Source of the DNA: Obrimoposthia wandeli
Taxonomy: Eukaryota
Reading direction: 5' to 3'
DNA: 64,000 nt
Assembly (NCBI GenBank): GCA_977020255.1
Contig: CDROCS010000052.1
Location: 434,001 to 498,000, forward strand
The position numbers and the translations under genes were made by a program. How positions within the stretch are numbered: position 1 is the stretch's first letter; every line of letters begins with the position of its first letter. Positions 62,202 to 64,000 of the stretch are shown here, piece after piece. The notes beneath the pieces are model-generated. The model searched no databases and was not told where the DNA came from. It saw nothing but the letters and a program-made list of their open reading frames with translations.

Positions 62202-64000
62202 CTACCGCCGTCTTCGCAACGTCTGCGACCGAGTCTTGCATGGTTACCACGCTGATCGTGGCCTCCTTTCTCTGAGATTACCAATCTTCCCACATTGACA
62301 AAATTCCCATCGACAAATCTATCCCTAACCACGGAGACCTTAGTTACCAGCACCGAGTTACAAATCACCGAGTTGATGTAGTTAATTTGATTAGCAAATT
62401 AATAGTGTATTATTATCTCTCTGAACAAGATAACATCGGAAAAGTATTTTTACTCAAAACTGACACCTCTTTTACACCTTCATCAATGTACACTCTAAAT
62501 TATTTTCTAATCAATATCATATTATGCTGTCGATGTCAGTAAAGAGACATCAAATAGCTATAAATTCAATTGTAACATTTGTTATAAACCACTGGTTAAA
62601 AATTCTCCGATGTTGTTATTTCAGAAATATTACGACTGCACGATTTTGACAGCTATTGACCTTTGAAGTTGTAATCACGATTGCTTTAAGTATCAGTATT
62701 TGTGGACATTCAATCCATAATAGAAAACATTTTATATTCTACAGTATGTGCAGAAGTAAGAATATTTTATGCTAGTATAATAAAAATATATGAAAAATTA
62801 TCAACGTTTCAAGCCTTTTTGTCTGGTTTTATTTTAATTTTTGAACATCTCGACCCTGGTGCAGTGAGCATGTATAATATACATTGTATATGCATCATAG
62901 AAGCAATGATGACTGCAGATTGGTTAAGAATTTCTCAATTATCAAATGCTTTTATAATTTTCTGAATAGTGCCATCAAAATAAATTCATTTTTAGATCTA
63001 TTTTTATGAAGAACGACTTGACTTTGAAAAAGTAAATCAAATAAGAAGATTTGCTTATATTTTTCACAACGTAAATACCGGTTTTAAAGAACCTCGTCAG
63101 TACTGGAAAATCTAATCGAAACAATTTATAATTTTTTCAAGTTCCACAATCGGAATTTTAAAAATGTTCAATTCAAAACAAACGATATTTTATCATACTC
63201 TTGTCGATTTCAGTCAAAATTTAATTTATGAATGTTAAATCTCAAATATTAAATATTATTTCAATAGAAAAATGTACATAAATTTAAAGAATAACTTTAT
63301 ATTTTTAGACATTTTCATACTTAAGATCTTCAGTAATCTCTGTGAAAATATTGATTTATTTTAAATTATGATCTTGTTTCCAAAAGTAAAATATGAATTA
63401 TATTTTTTAAAAGTTAAAATGAGAGAAAATTTGTAGAGCCCTTAATGTATTTGTCTTATGTGTAATGTCAATCCTTAGGAAAGATTCTCTATTTCTAGTT
63501 ACAGCACATGAAATAAACATCATATTTCTCAAGGTGGTTCTGATTGGTAGGAATTACATAGTGAAACAAAATATTATAGTGCAGTACTAAATATTTATGT
63601 AATGTTATTATTTTAACTGAATGTCAATGTATTTTTGTATGATTATTATTTAAAATTGACATTTTAATTCGAAATTTTTAATATTTAAACTGAGTTCCAA
63701 TTTTCTCAACGCGCCATTCATAAGGATTCATGAACCATCTTTGTTAAGACCCTAAAATGAAGTCAAATTAAAATCGAGCTAACCATGTACTCATCGGGAA
63801 ATCTCATAACAGGCAGAAGTGTCTTATATTTAAGTTGGATCAGGGAATGCATGTATTTTAAGAGCATAAAATTGCTCATAAACGTATATAAATTAATTTT
63901 TTAAGTGATGTGCAATTTTTTCACGTAAATGAAATAATATTGAAATTTTGTATCTGTAACGTTTTTATACAACTAGAGCAGAAGTATAAAATAGGAAAAG

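Noticed and set aside
62199-62260. Stop-codon readthrough of HPRT (TAG CTA C) or an antisense exon in the GC-rich 3' region
   Set aside because: The context is not the canonical UGA-CUAG motif, and no recognisable protein appears in any frame.

Overview
AT-rich eukaryotic (invertebrate animal-like) genomic scaffold with two assembly gaps (5989-6169, 8566-8974). Three host genes can be fully assembled from exons: MRPS35 (minus, 8 exons, 336 aa), SLC35F6 (plus, 10 exons, 430 aa; head-to-head with MRPS35) and HPRT (plus, 6 exons, 235 aa, last exon after an 8.6-kb intron). Their introns carry relics of Tc1/mariner, Tigger, hAT, LINE and BEL/Pao elements. The notable content is a cluster of degenerate Polinton/Maverick (adintovirus-like) elements sharing the terminus 5'-AGTAGGT(G/A)G(A/T)TGT, with seven termini between 4025 and 48494. 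The best copy (40717-48494) has both ends and remnants of a packaging ATPase, pX-like core protein, retroviral-type integrase and penton. PolB, major capsid and protease are missing. Its accessory genes are unusual: (i) an intron-containing TATA-binding-protein-like gene; (ii) a five-exon, intrinsically disordered gene next to the terminus, present in two copies with introns at identical positions; (iii) in a sister element, a BIR-UBA-RING inhibitor-of-apoptosis gene in the slot where the first element carries the TBP-like gene. All family assignments are by motif recognition; no database search was run.
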